A stretch of DNA of 64,000 nucleotides, from positions 228,880 to 292,879 of the forward strand of contig JALVSY010000007.1 in assembly GCA_027036135.1 (NCBI GenBank), written 5' to 3'. The first letter of the stretch is position 1. Every line of letters starts with the position of its first letter. The stretch comes from Pyrodictiaceae archaeon. GTDB lineage: Archaea > Thermoproteota > Thermoprotei_A > Sulfolobales > Pyrodictiaceae. The notes beneath the pieces were generated by a model, which searched no databases, had not been told where the DNA came from, and worked only from the letters and a program-made list of their open reading frames with translations. Of this stretch, positions 28,061-38,080 are shown in pieces. A program made the translations under genes and the position numbers.

Positions 28061-29287
28061 TCACAGCCTTGCTACTAGGAGGGTGAAGCCCACCAGGCTC
28101 ATAACGCCCAGTATGTCAGCAATGCTTGTGAGCAGTGGTGCTAGCACGTTATCAGGGTCAAGGCCGTAGCGGAAGGAGCCTATTGCGAGGCAATAGGTTA
28201 TGCCACTAACCACGGCACTTAACACTAGGCCTGCTAAAAGAATAGACAAGAAGACCCGGAGAGCCCAGGCCAAGGGAGCTGCAGATAGAACAGCTGTACC
28301 AGCGCCAAGGATCCCGAGAGAGGTGAAAATCATTAAGCTGTGAACCATGTTTACTATGAATTGTTCTAGCACCCAGCTAGAGGGCCTAGAGCAGCTCGGC
28401 TCTATGCTTCCCAGGTGAAGCTTTGTGGCTAGGCGCGAGGAGAACCTGCACGCTATTGCCCCACCATCCTCAAGGAAAGCTGGTACGACGACGAGTATCC
28501 CGGACCAAGCCATGAGCCTCGTCATGTTGTCTAGGAGGAAGGCTCCGGCGAGGCCGCTTAGCAGAGTCGAGGCCATTATTATTGAGAAGTTTTCGCGGAT
28601 TATTCGCGCTGCCCTCCTATACCTGGGCTCCTTCCTCGCTCGGAGCATATATATCCTTATGATTAGCGCGGCTAGGAGGAGGAGAAGCGCCGAGACAATA
28701 ACAAGCTTTGTGGTACTCGGTATGCGTGTTTCGATCTCGTACCCGAGCACTATCGAGGGGATTGTTACCAGGTCGCCGAACAGCGTAGCTATGGGTGCTA
28801 CCATGTTATCTGGGTCGATGCCCTTCTCGAAAGATTTGAGAGCTAGAAGAGTAGTAGCAGGCACCATGAAAGCTGCCGATATAAGCGCAGAGGATAGAGC
28901 GAGAAAAACCACATCGATAACCGGCATACTGTGGCCAAGCAATAGGCCGAGAACCGCGACCAGGATACCTACCCAGGTATTAACACCAATTAGCAATACC
29001 AGGAGTGTCTCAAGCTCTCTCCGGTAATGCTTATCAAATAAGCCGAGGTGCAGCAGCGTCCCAAGCCTGGAGCCATAACTAGAATAGACGTCGCCGCGGG
29101 CATCGCTAGCAGCGGGCAATAGGGCTAGTATTATAGGCGCCTTCTCTATAACTGGGCGAAAGATGTGCAGAAAGATCCCGGATACATAGTCGCCAACGTT
29201 GCAGAGGAACAGGGAGCCTAGGCCCTCTTTTAGATCCTTCGTTGACTCCTTGCTGAGCCTCAGCATGCTATCACTTCGTCTCACCAT
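28061..29287 (-). CDS. MgtE-family divalent cation transporter (two MgtE membrane domains)
   Basis: Repeated SRL.T.LHLG and G.DPDN..AP motifs. Confidence 0.88.
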   Translation of the reverse strand: MVRRSDSMLRLSKESTKDLKEGLGSLFLCNVGDYVSGIFLHIFRPVIEKAPIILALLPAASDARGDVYSSYGSRLGTLLHLGLFDKHYRRELETLLVLLIGVNTWVGILVAVLGLLLGHSMPVIDVVFLALSSALISAAFMVPATTLLALKSFEKGIDPDNMVAPIATLFGDLVTIPSIVLGYEIETRIPSTTKLVIVSALLLLLAALIIRIYMLRARKEPRYRRAARIIRENFSIIMASTLLSGLAGAFLLDNMTRLMAWSGILVVVPAFLEDGGAIACRFSSRLATKLHLGSIEPSCSRPSSWVLEQFIVNMVHSLMIFTSLGILGAGTAVLSAAPLAWALRVFLSILLAGLVLSAVVSGITYCLAIGSFRYGLDPDNVLAPLLTSIADILGVMSLVGFTLLVARL

Positions 29288-29400
29288 TTACAAGAGGGCT
29301 CCAGGGAGCCCTGGGCCTTGACTTGTGCCCCTTGCCTATCCCTTACTAGGGCTAGTGTTTTTAAACGCTCTAGCACTATTCCTAGAGGCTTAGTGGAGGA

Positions 29401-30615
29401 ATGACACGGGTTTTGAGTAGCGAGCCGCCCGTCGACAAGGAGCTTGTTGAGAAGCTTCATAGACGCATACATGCTAAGCCCAGGCCTCTCCGCTATCAGC
29501 CAATAACTGTTACTGAGGCGCTCCACCGGCTTAGGAGGAGCATTGAGGCAAGCATACTTCTAGGGCTCTACGGGCTCATAGAGAACGACTTCGAGGCTGC
29601 AATGGGCATTATTGATGTAGAGAAGGAGGTTGATGAAATAGCTTACCAGCTCTTGACGCACATCTCTATAGCTGTTGGGCACCACGTCGAGGATGCTGCG
29701 CACGCCGCACCTCTCTATACGTATGTCCTAGCAGTAGATAAGGTAATGGATGCGCTTAAGGACCTAGCATCGCTAGTCATAAGGGGGCACAAGCTCAGCA
29801 ACAATGTCTCTGAGGAACTAGTAGCGCTGAGCGACGAGCCCGTAGTAAAGATACGGGGGCTTAGGGGCTGGAGCGTTGGCAAGCTCCTCAATGAGTACAG
29901 TGTCGATGTTCTCGCTATCAAGAGGGGGGATTCGTGGATCCTTGACCCCGGCAATGAGGAGCGAATAGAAGAGGATGATACAGTCTATGCCTGGGGGGCC
30001 AAGGACTCAGTAAATGACCTGCTTAGAGACATTGGTAGGGAGCCTCTACCCGAGAAGGAGGATGGTGCTTTAGCCGAGATAGTATCGTCGATAGAGATGC
30101 TCCTAGTCATGAACGAGCTTGCCCACTACCAGCTAAGGGCTCAGGACACTGTTCTAGCCGACGAGATAATGGAGCTCGAGATGTTTATGGATGAGCTAAG
30201 GGTTAGGAACACTAAGACCGTTTTATCTCAGGGCCTAGGCCACGAGGATGCTTTTCTATTAATAAGCCTGGTGACGAGAATAGAGGATATATCTGATGCC
30301 CTGACCTATATAATAGTTATGCCTGCTGAGGAGGAGTACCGGGAGATACTATCAAGTCTCGTAGAAGCAACCGGGGACAAAATATCAATGTATAGAGCAA
30401 GTAATTATATCGGGTTAGCGACTGTTGTAGAGGCACTAGAGGAGATAGGGGCAACGATACTAGCGGTTAGGAAGGGGCGAGAATGGATAGCCGTGACACC
30501 ATATAATGCTGAGAAGCTTAGGCTAGAGCCCGGTGATAGCATCCTTGTGGAGTACGAGAAGCCCTTAGAGAAACGCGTAGCCGAGGCCCTAGAAAAACTA
30601 GGCTTCACCGCGTAG
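29401..30615 (+). CDS. PhoU / TrkA-C domain regulatory protein
   Basis: Alternating PhoU-like helical repeats and TrkA-C segments (VLAIKRG...P, ILAVRKG); divergent from mgtE. Confidence 0.75.
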   Translation: MTRVLSSEPPVDKELVEKLHRRIHAKPRPLRYQPITVTEALHRLRRSIEASILLGLYGLIENDFEAAMGIIDVEKEVDEIAYQLLTHISIAVGHHVEDAAHAAPLYTYVLAVDKVMDALKDLASLVIRGHKLSNNVSEELVALSDEPVVKIRGLRGWSVGKLLNEYSVDVLAIKRGDSWILDPGNEERIEEDDTVYAWGAKDSVNDLLRDIGREPLPEKEDGALAEIVSSIEMLLVMNELAHYQLRAQDTVLADEIMELEMFMDELRVRNTKTVLSQGLGHEDAFLLISLVTRIEDISDALTYIIVMPAEEEYREILSSLVEATGDKISMYRASNYIGLATVVEALEEIGATILAVRKGREWIAVTPYNAEKLRLEPGDSILVEYEKPLEKRVAEALEKLGFTA

Positions 30616-31431
30616 CTCTTCGCGTATCTTAACTCCTAGATCAGGATAATCGGTGGCTATGCCGTCAACGCCTCGTCTATGGAGCTCGAGGAACCATTTC
30701 TCCTCATTTACTGTCCATGCTACAACCCGTAGCCCAAGTCGATGAGCATACCTAACTGCTTTCTCCGTGGCAAGCGGGTAACGCGGCAACACTATCTCGC
30801 AGCCCAAGCGCTTGCACTGAGTTATGAGGCCCGGAGGCCGGAAGTAGACTAAGCCTCCGGGTATACCGGGGTAAACATTCTTGGCCATACGTATTGCTTC
30901 CTCATAGAAGCTTATGACTGCCACGTAGTCCTCTGCCTTCTCGCGCAGCACTAGCTCGACGAGACTCTTCGCATCACTCGGCTCCTTGATCTCCAGGAAC
31001 AGAGCTATTCTCCCCCTGGCCTCACCTAGTAACTCCTCTATACGCGGCACACGTTCGCCACCAGGGAGCTCTATAGATGCTATCTCCGAGTAGCTCGCCT
31101 CTCTAATGTTGACTTGTTTTCCGTCACGAGCAGTAATGACGGGGTCGTGGCTCGCAACAAATACTCCGTCACTTGTTCGCTGCACATCGAACTCAGCTAT
31201 ATCGGCCTCAGTCCTTATAGCGTACAGGAGTGCGCTAAGAGTGTTCTCAACTACTCTTCCACGAGCCCCGCGATGACCTATTACCGCAAAGGGTCTCCTA
31301 CCTAAGGCCTCCAGGACCTTGTTCAAGCCCACACCACCATCATTGCTTGAGGGAGGCCTAGCCAGTGGCATCACTATGTAAGAGCCAGGGTCTCCATAGT
31401 ATAAGTGGAGCGCTCTTACTCTAGGGAGCAA
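30598..31431 (-). CDS. glycerophosphodiester phosphodiesterase
   Basis: IGHRG, ENT, EFDV, HD, LEIK, WTVN and TDYP motifs; true start probably downstream. Confidence 0.93.
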   Translation of the reverse strand: MLPRVRALHLYYGDPGSYIVMPLARPPSSNDGGVGLNKVLEALGRRPFAVIGHRGARGRVVENTLSALLYAIRTEADIAEFDVQRTSDGVFVASHDPVITARDGKQVNIREASYSEIASIELPGGERVPRIEELLGEARGRIALFLEIKEPSDAKSLVELVLREKAEDYVAVISFYEEAIRMAKNVYPGIPGGLVYFRPPGLITQCKRLGCEIVLPRYPLATEKAVRYAHRLGLRVVAWTVNEEKWFLELHRRGVDGIATDYPDLGVKIREELRGEA

Positions 31432-31482
31432 TCTGGGAGCCTAGGCCTCCCTCCGAGCCATGAAGAGGGTGACACTTGGTAA

Positions 31483-32493
31483 ATGAGGTGCCTAATAGAG
31501 CTGAGGAATGTGTGGGTTAGGATAGCAAGGGAGCAAGTGCTTCGCGGAATAGATCTCTGTGTCGAGAAGGGCGACTACTTGGTGGTTCTCGGACCTAGTG
31601 GCTCTGGTAAAACAACCCTTCTCCGCGTAATAGCCGGGCTTATAGAGCCTGAAAGAGGAGCGATAACCATTAATGGAAAGGACGCGACGCGCGTCCCTCC
31701 ATGGGAGCGCGGCGTTGCTCTCGTACAACAGATACCGGGTCTCCTGCCCCATCTCTCTGTTCTCGATAACATTGTCTTAGCAATCATGTCTAGGCGCCGT
31801 GCTTCGCGTAGAGAGGCTTTCGAGGAGGCTCGTAGGCTTTTAGAACTGTTAAGGATAAGCGATGTTGCTTCCAAGCGGCCCGGGGAGCTAAGCGGTGGCC
31901 AGCTACAGAGAGCGGCTATCGCCGTGGCGCTGGCTATAAGACCCGAGGTGCTCTTGCTCGACGAGCCTTTGAGCCACCTTGATCGACCCTTGGCGGAGCA
32001 GCTTAGGCTGGAGCTTCGGAGACTCCACAAAGAGCTAGGTGTGAGCGTTATACATGTGACGCATGACCAGGACGAGGCACTGAGCTTGGCAACGAGGCTA
32101 GTAATCCTTTGGAGCGGCGAAATAGTTGAAGAGGGGGCACCGGAAGAGCTTTACCATAGGCCTCGGAGGACCCTTACCGCTAAGTTTCTTGGGCTTAATG
32201 TTGTTGATGGAGCCGTTTTCGGCAAGCCTGGAACTAGGGCTGTCTTCTCCCCTGAGGCTGTAAGGATATCTCGGCAAGGAGGGCTCGAAGCAATCGTTGA
32301 GGAAATAGTGCGCGAACGTGGAAGAGTTATTGTCTATGCAAAGCTATTGGGAACAAATGAGCCTATACGTATATATATTCATCCGCGAGAAGCTAGTAGT
32401 ATTAAAGTCGGAAAAATATTCCTAGAGGTTAGTACAGAGGGCCTCCACTTCCTTCCAACCATATTGGCATCGTCCTTAACTGGTTCAGCATAA
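31483..32493 (+). CDS. ABC transporter ATP-binding protein (MalK/PotA-like), orphan
   Basis: GPSGSGKT, LSGGQLQR, LLLDEP and VTHD motifs. Confidence 0.92.
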   Translation: MRCLIELRNVWVRIAREQVLRGIDLCVEKGDYLVVLGPSGSGKTTLLRVIAGLIEPERGAITINGKDATRVPPWERGVALVQQIPGLLPHLSVLDNIVLAIMSRRRASRREAFEEARRLLELLRISDVASKRPGELSGGQLQRAAIAVALAIRPEVLLLDEPLSHLDRPLAEQLRLELRRLHKELGVSVIHVTHDQDEALSLATRLVILWSGEIVEEGAPEELYHRPRRTLTAKFLGLNVVDGAVFGKPGTRAVFSPEAVRISRQGGLEAIVEEIVRERGRVIVYAKLLGTNEPIRIYIHPREASSIKVGKIFLEVSTEGLHFLPTILASSLTGSA

Positions 32494-32526
32494 ATACTGA
32501 ATCCCTTTGTCGATGCCAATAACTAG

Positions 32527-33360
32527 GTGGAGCCGGGATTGAGGAAGCAAGCATGGATAATTATCATCAGTGTAGTCGTTGTTTCAGCAATTATTATAAC
32601 GTACCTCGCAGCAAGAAGCGCAAACCATAAGGAGGGTCAAGTACCGCTACTAGTTAACGGGTTCTGTTACGGATTTGGAGAACTCTTTAACTGTAAGGCT
32701 GATATAGTACTAAATAAGCCGATAATCTTGAGCAGCATCGAATTACGGTTGGGTAGTCAAGAGACAAGTATCACGCTACCAGTGCCACTCATGTTCGAGA
32801 AAAGCTTCTCGATAACGTATACGGTTACGCCAAGCAAAGCAACACTAACTATCCATAAAACAGCCCCGCCAAGCATAATCACGTTTGTAGTTAATCCGCT
32901 ATACCCGAGCAAGGACATGTGTAAACTAAGCCTCATGAAGAAGCAGGACGCGAATCTTACCTCTGGCACTGCTTTCCCATACGAGGATCATCTAGAGCCG
33001 GGTGAGGACTATGCATATATAGCCCAAGTAGTTCTGGCGCCCTCGCATATTGACAGCGCAGAATCTCTCGTAAGTATTGATGTAAAGGCGTTCCTTCTCC
33101 AAGACACGCTTGCATGGGAGTTCTACGAGGCTCTGCCAGCATCTCTTCTCCCGAGATCAATACTTATTCCGCTAGGCGGCATTCCATCACGAGGCGCATA
33201 TTATACTAAGCTAATAATACTCTATAGCAAAATAGCGAAGGACGCGCCAAGCGCAATACCCATAGAGCTGCGCTTGTATAGAGCCAGTGTTGTCCACCTA
33301 GTGCTTAGGCTAAGGAGCGGCGAGACCCTTGACGCTGTTTTGCCCATTTATTGCCACTAG
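32527..33360 (+). CDS. hypothetical membrane-anchored protein
   Basis: N-terminal TM helix followed by a beta-rich region. Confidence 0.6.
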   Translation: MEPGLRKQAWIIIISVVVVSAIIITYLAARSANHKEGQVPLLVNGFCYGFGELFNCKADIVLNKPIILSSIELRLGSQETSITLPVPLMFEKSFSITYTVTPSKATLTIHKTAPPSIITFVVNPLYPSKDMCKLSLMKKQDANLTSGTAFPYEDHLEPGEDYAYIAQVVLAPSHIDSAESLVSIDVKAFLLQDTLAWEFYEALPASLLPRSILIPLGGIPSRGAYYTKLIILYSKIAKDAPSAIPIELRLYRASVVHLVLRLRSGETLDAVLPIYCH

Positions 33361-34113
33361 TTTATCAACCAGCTTTTCAAGCCTCTTACCAAGCCGTGGA
33401 CCGAGGTACTTATCGCCAACTAGGCAGGATACTAGGCCTAGAGCTATACCTGCAACTATGTCTACGAAGTAGTGGTTAAGCGTATACATAGTTGAAAAAG
33501 CCATAAGCGTGACCCAGGTAACTGGCACAATGGGTTCTTTTCTGAGCCTATAGTAATAGTATGCGAATATCGTGGCCATTGTGAGATGCATGCTAGGCAT
33601 AGCCGCGTAGGGGTTAGGGTCTATGCGTACACCGGTTATAAACTCCAATGCCTCTAGCAGGAAGTTTGGTGGACGTTGTACCCCAGGCAAAGCTATCCAG
33701 GGAGGAGCGCACGGCCACACAACGTACACAGTCACTGCAACAACGCTGGCCAAGAGAAAGGCTGCTAATAAGTCTTCGAAGAGCCTCTTGCTCCTTAGGA
33801 GGAGATAAACGGCAAAGAGGAAGAAGTAGAGAGGGTGAAGAGCATATACAACGCCAGCTATTGTGCCAAGTACTATGCTCCTATGCGAGGCTAACACGAG
33901 GGTCAATGGTGTACCAAATAGCTTCTTACTGATATCGAGAACGACACCATAGTACACAAGGCCACGAAAATGGATAACTATTGCACGGGCATACTCGTAG
34001 GCCTCATAGGCTATGAGGAACGGGAGGAAATAGAGAGTGTAGCGGGCAACTACGCGCAGAACCGTATTCTGAGTATAACCATTATCTTGTCGAACCTGCT
34101 CGCTCAAGTACAC
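33310..34113 (-). CDS. PAP2-superfamily protein (Aur1/IPC-synthase-like)
   Basis: P.APPW, AAMPSMH and HYFVD motifs. Confidence 0.85.
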   Translation of the reverse strand: MYLSEQVRQDNGYTQNTVLRVVARYTLYFLPFLIAYEAYEYARAIVIHFRGLVYYGVVLDISKKLFGTPLTLVLASHRSIVLGTIAGVVYALHPLYFFLFAVYLLLRSKRLFEDLLAAFLLASVVAVTVYVVWPCAPPWIALPGVQRPPNFLLEALEFITGVRIDPNPYAAMPSMHLTMATIFAYYYYRLRKEPIVPVTWVTLMAFSTMYTLNHYFVDIVAGIALGLVSCLVGDKYLGPRLGKRLEKLVDKLVAINGQNSVKGLAAP

Positions 34114-34258
34114 AAATCACCCTTTGCCGCGACATGGAAGCGGCTAAGCAATGAAGTATTTTATACCCATCTCCCCGGGTAAGCCGTCTAGAGGCCCGAG
34201 GCCACATCTATACCTTATCCCGCACAGCCACATATCATGCAGGAATGACTAGCAAGGA

Positions 34259-35317
34259 CTAGTTGTCTCCGAGATCCGATAAGTCCAGGTACCTCTGTAC
34301 CTTTCTCCATCGAGGACCTAGTAGTTTCCTAAGGAGCTCTAGGCTTAGTTCTCCCTGAGACCTAGCCTTCATGATCTTGTTTGCTGTTGTTGGGCCTATT
34401 CCTGGTACACGTACGAGCTCCCTACGACTAGCTGTTGTGGGGTCTACCGGGAACCATTCCGGATGCAATTGGGCAAGGTATTCCTTGAGCCGGGTGCGTA
34501 AGGGTGGCAGGAAGCCGTGCTCAGTGAGAGCGGGCTCTATGTCGCGTAGCGTGAAGGAGTAATCCCTTATGAGTACAAGGGCCTCATATAACTGATGCGC
34601 TCTCCACAATGGCGTTGCCCTTCTCTTCTCCGCTAACGGCGTGCCCGGTACCGGGGTATAGGGGCTGAAATGGATTATTCCTACGCCCCGCGCTACTAGT
34701 GTCTCTACTAGTCTCAGAACCTCCTCGTCGCTCTCACCGCTCGCTCCCAGGACTAGTTGCGTATCTACTCTCCTAGAATCCCTCGCTATTCTCGCAGCGT
34801 AGAGGAGCTTTGAGTATATATCTAGGCTCCAGCTTCCCTTACTTGGAGCTATTTCCTGGAAAGCTGAGGGCGATGGCGCCTCTAGGTTTATCCCGACGCG
34901 GGTAGCCAGCTCTAGGGCTCTCCTAATGAGGCCTGGGGGTGTGCCCGGCATGAGGCGTAGGTGTATGTAGCCCTTGTACCCGGCTCTCCGTAGCTGCTCA
35001 GCCACCTCTATGATATCGCTGCTTACTCTCTCCGGATCCCCGTAGAGGGCGCTGCTAAGGAAGAGCCCCCTTACCAGCCCCTCTCTGTAGGCTTGTAGGG
35101 AGACTCTTACTAGTCTATCAGGGCGCCAAGCTGTTCTTCTCACCTTGCAGAAGTAGGCAAAGGGGCAATAGCGACAATCCATTCTACATCCGCTGCTCAG
35201 CAGCGTCTTGAATATTGGGCCACCGGTGCTCCTATACACTGGGATCTCTATTCTCTCGAAACCCTCAGCGCCCTGTATCAGTATGCTTGGTTCGCGCCAC
35301 TTCCATTGCCAAGCCAT
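34259..35317 (-). CDS. radical SAM protein with C-terminal helix-hairpin-helix (putative DNA modification/repair family)
   Basis: CRMDCRYC, GLFLSS, GYIHL, TQLVLGA, FPVDP..A.RRELVRVPGIGP. Confidence 0.88.
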   Translation of the reverse strand: MAWQWKWREPSILIQGAEGFERIEIPVYRSTGGPIFKTLLSSGCRMDCRYCPFAYFCKVRRTAWRPDRLVRVSLQAYREGLVRGLFLSSALYGDPERVSSDIIEVAEQLRRAGYKGYIHLRLMPGTPPGLIRRALELATRVGINLEAPSPSAFQEIAPSKGSWSLDIYSKLLYAARIARDSRRVDTQLVLGASGESDEEVLRLVETLVARGVGIIHFSPYTPVPGTPLAEKRRATPLWRAHQLYEALVLIRDYSFTLRDIEPALTEHGFLPPLRTRLKEYLAQLHPEWFPVDPTTASRRELVRVPGIGPTTANKIMKARSQGELSLELLRKLLGPRWRKVQRYLDLSDLGDN

Positions 35318-35365
35318 AGCTCTTGTAACCTATGTGTCTCCCGGAGAGAAAGAATGTAGAAGATA

Positions 35366-36025
35366 TTACCTTGTAAGTTCTTCTAGTACCGTCCCTATAG
35401 CTGCCTCTAGCCCTGTGAACGAGAACAAGGTGTACTTGACGCGTAGCTCGCGCGGCCACTTAGCAGCCTTGCTACGTGCCTCCTCCCATAGGGATAGGTG
35501 GCGGCGTGGGAGGAAGACTACTACGTCGCTTATCCACTTGCTTAGCCTCGTCATAGCGTCTGAGAGAAGGGTGGTCACCCTTTCTTTCAGCTCGGGGCTT
35601 GATAAGACGATGCTCGGGGGCACTTCGTAGCAGCAAGCAGGGTATTCTTCGGCTCTATCATAGGGCACCAATATCAGTAGATCGCTGAAATAGTACCACT
35701 CTATCCCTCTGGGAGCGTTATCCCTCCATAGACCCAGTCTTCGCAGAACCCCCCGGGTCTTACGGGATGTCGGGCTTCTCGTGTAGGGCTTCACGTTGCT
35801 ACACGGAGTCACTAGGGCTATCCCTGAGCGCGGCACGTGGCTTGTGAGTAGCCAGTTCCACCACTCCCTGACCACTGGGTGGCTGAATGCCTTCTCGCCC
35901 ACGAGGCCCGGGTCGAGGCCATTGTGGTGCCGTGGCACGAGTGTTCCGTCACCGTTCTTCCTTATGCTGAACCGGCTAGGCTTAAGCTCCTTACTAGCTG
36001 GTTTTGGCAGGATTTCTATGCTCAC
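35366..36025 (-). CDS. stand-alone DUF5591-like protein (ArcS/TGT-associated domain)
   Basis: LVTPCSNVKPYTRSPT, ..SD.LILVP and YPACCYEVPP motifs. Confidence 0.72.
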   Translation of the reverse strand: MSIEILPKPASKELKPSRFSIRKNGDGTLVPRHHNGLDPGLVGEKAFSHPVVREWWNWLLTSHVPRSGIALVTPCSNVKPYTRSPTSRKTRGVLRRLGLWRDNAPRGIEWYYFSDLLILVPYDRAEEYPACCYEVPPSIVLSSPELKERVTTLLSDAMTRLSKWISDVVVFLPRRHLSLWEEARSKAAKWPRELRVKYTLFSFTGLEAAIGTVLEELTR

Positions 36026-36169
36026 TGCTTCTCCGCCCAGCGAGCGGTATTACCAGATAAGGTCTCGCCTAATAAAAGGATTGAGGCTCCAAGGGGACTC
36101 ATGCATAAGTGTAGGAAGAAGCGGGAGAATGATGCTAAAGCGATATCAGAGAATAGAGAAAAACAATAC

Positions 36170-36760
36170 TCAGTAAGTACCTATACTGAACACAGTCTCC
36201 TCGGGGGCTAGCGCTGAGCGCTGCTCGTTCAACGAGAGGAACCCAAAGCTCGCCAACACGGCGCCGAGCAGTGCCAATGCCTTGGCTATGGCTTCTGTCC
36301 CGCCGATCTTCTGTATAACGTTGTGAGCTGCAGCGTTTGCCCAGGAGACTCCTCCCCAGTCGATCACTGTCCCTGAGGCCGTGTTAGCAGCACTATTTAT
36401 GCTACCAGCACCAGCTACAGCGAGTAGCCAGGAGACAGCCAGCAGCATCGCCGCGGCCTTGAGGGCCGTGTTGTTTGCCTCTGAGCCTAGCATCCAGATA
36501 GCGACAACGCCTAGCGCGAAGTAGAGCAGGAGAAGTATTCCACCAGCACCCTGTAGACCAGAGAGGCTGGCGACATAGGTGCCGCTCAGTATTCCTGCTA
36601 CTCCTAGGAGGCCTATCAAGCCAATCATGCTTAGATGACCCTTACCTGTCTCAGAGCCATAGGAGAGCCAGCCAGCTGCTGTTATTACTGCTGAGCCAGG
36701 GCCCGCGAAGGGGGCTGATAAGTAGCCTATGCTTAGGAGTAGTTTACCATATCTCTGCAA
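36170..36760 (-). CDS. hypothetical membrane protein
   Basis: Gly/Ala-rich hydrophobic helices. Confidence 0.65.
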   Translation of the reverse strand: MQRYGKLLLSIGYLSAPFAGPGSAVITAAGWLSYGSETGKGHLSMIGLIGLLGVAGILSGTYVASLSGLQGAGGILLLLYFALGVVAIWMLGSEANNTALKAAAMLLAVSWLLAVAGAGSINSAANTASGTVIDWGGVSWANAAAHNVIQKIGGTEAIAKALALLGAVLASFGFLSLNEQRSALAPEETVFSIGTY

Positions 36761-36937
36761 ACCACGCTCCCCAGAGCCTATGTATAGCTGTTCATGATGA
36801 GCCTAGTGGCTTAGGAGGCAGTAACACCGTAGGCCGTAGAACCTAGGCCATCGGAGGGAAAAGGAACGATGCAGAAGAAAAAGGAGACCGAGCCCTTACT
36901 AGGGAAAAGAGACTATAGCATCCTAGACCTCGGTCTA

Positions 36938-38080
36938 TCAACCCGTCTGCCTTGCACGTGCTGCATGCAGCCAGCAGGCAACGTAGTGACCTGGCTCAGC
37001 CTCAACAAGTGGCGGCTCCTCGTTATCACACTTATCCCTTATAGCTGGTGTCTGGTCATAGGCTACGCAGCGTGGACGGAACCTGCACCCCTTGGGTAGG
37101 AATACTGCGCTCGTTACCTCGCCTTTTATTGGCACATTTCTTATCCTTAGCCTATTCCTTGGATCAGGCTCGGGCACCGCTGCCATGAGTGCGCGGGTGT
37201 AGGGGTGCAGGGGCTTAGCTATCACCGTGTCTGTTGGCCCCATCTCAACTATTCTGCCGAGATACATTACTGCTATACGGTCGCAGACGTGGCGCGCGAG
37301 CGCTAGGTCGTGTGTAATGAATAGCTGGGCTAGGCCATGCTTCTCCTTTAGCTCGAAGAGGATCTCAAGTATCTCCGCGCGTATAGAGACATCAAGCATC
37401 GAGACAGGCTCATCCGCTACAAGAAACCGGGGGTTCAGCAGCAGAGCCCTAGCTATCACAACTCTTTGTCTCTGGCCACCGCTAAGCTGGTGGGGATAGC
37501 GGTCAACGAACTCCTCGGGAGGCGTGAGCTTTACCGTCTCGAGTGCCCTTGCTATGATCTCTGCGCGCTCCTCCGGGGTAGACCCAATCCCGTGGATGAT
37601 TAGTGGCTCCTCAAGTATGTCCCCTATCTTCATTCTCGGGTTAAGGCTGCCGAAGGGGTCCTGGAAGACTATCTGGAGCTCGCGGCGCAGAGGCTTCATA
37701 GCCTTATCCGGCACCTTGTATAGATCAACCACTCCCTCCTCAACAACAGCACGTGGCGCTAGCCGCGATACCTCCTCAAAGGCCTCCTTGCTCGGCCGGA
37801 AGTAGACATGGCCACCGTATATGTTATCCCTCTCCACTAAGCGTAATAGCGCTCTACCAGTAGTTGTCTTGCCACAGCCGCTCTCACCCACTAGGCAGAA
37901 AATCTCAGCCTCATGAACCTCGAAGCTAACACCATCAACTGCATGGACATAAAGCTGGGGCTTGCCTCGAAGAGCGTCAATAAAGCTCCTCCTAACAGGA
38001 AACCAAACCCTTAGCTCATCTGCACGTATGACGCCATTACTGCTCAGTACATGATTTTCCTTGCTCATTTCTAGGCTCAC
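36938..38080 (-). CDS. oligopeptide ABC transporter ATP-binding protein (OppF/DppF-like)
   Basis: GESGCGKT, LSGGQRQR, DEPVSMLD, HPYT and GCRF.PRC...VACW motifs. Confidence 0.95.
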   Translation of the reverse strand: MSLEMSKENHVLSSNGVIRADELRVWFPVRRSFIDALRGKPQLYVHAVDGVSFEVHEAEIFCLVGESGCGKTTTGRALLRLVERDNIYGGHVYFRPSKEAFEEVSRLAPRAVVEEGVVDLYKVPDKAMKPLRRELQIVFQDPFGSLNPRMKIGDILEEPLIIHGIGSTPEERAEIIARALETVKLTPPEEFVDRYPHQLSGGQRQRVVIARALLLNPRFLVADEPVSMLDVSIRAEILEILFELKEKHGLAQLFITHDLALARHVCDRIAVMYLGRIVEMGPTDTVIAKPLHPYTRALMAAVPEPDPRNRLRIRNVPIKGEVTSAVFLPKGCRFRPRCVAYDQTPAIRDKCDNEEPPLVEAEPGHYVACWLHAARARQTG

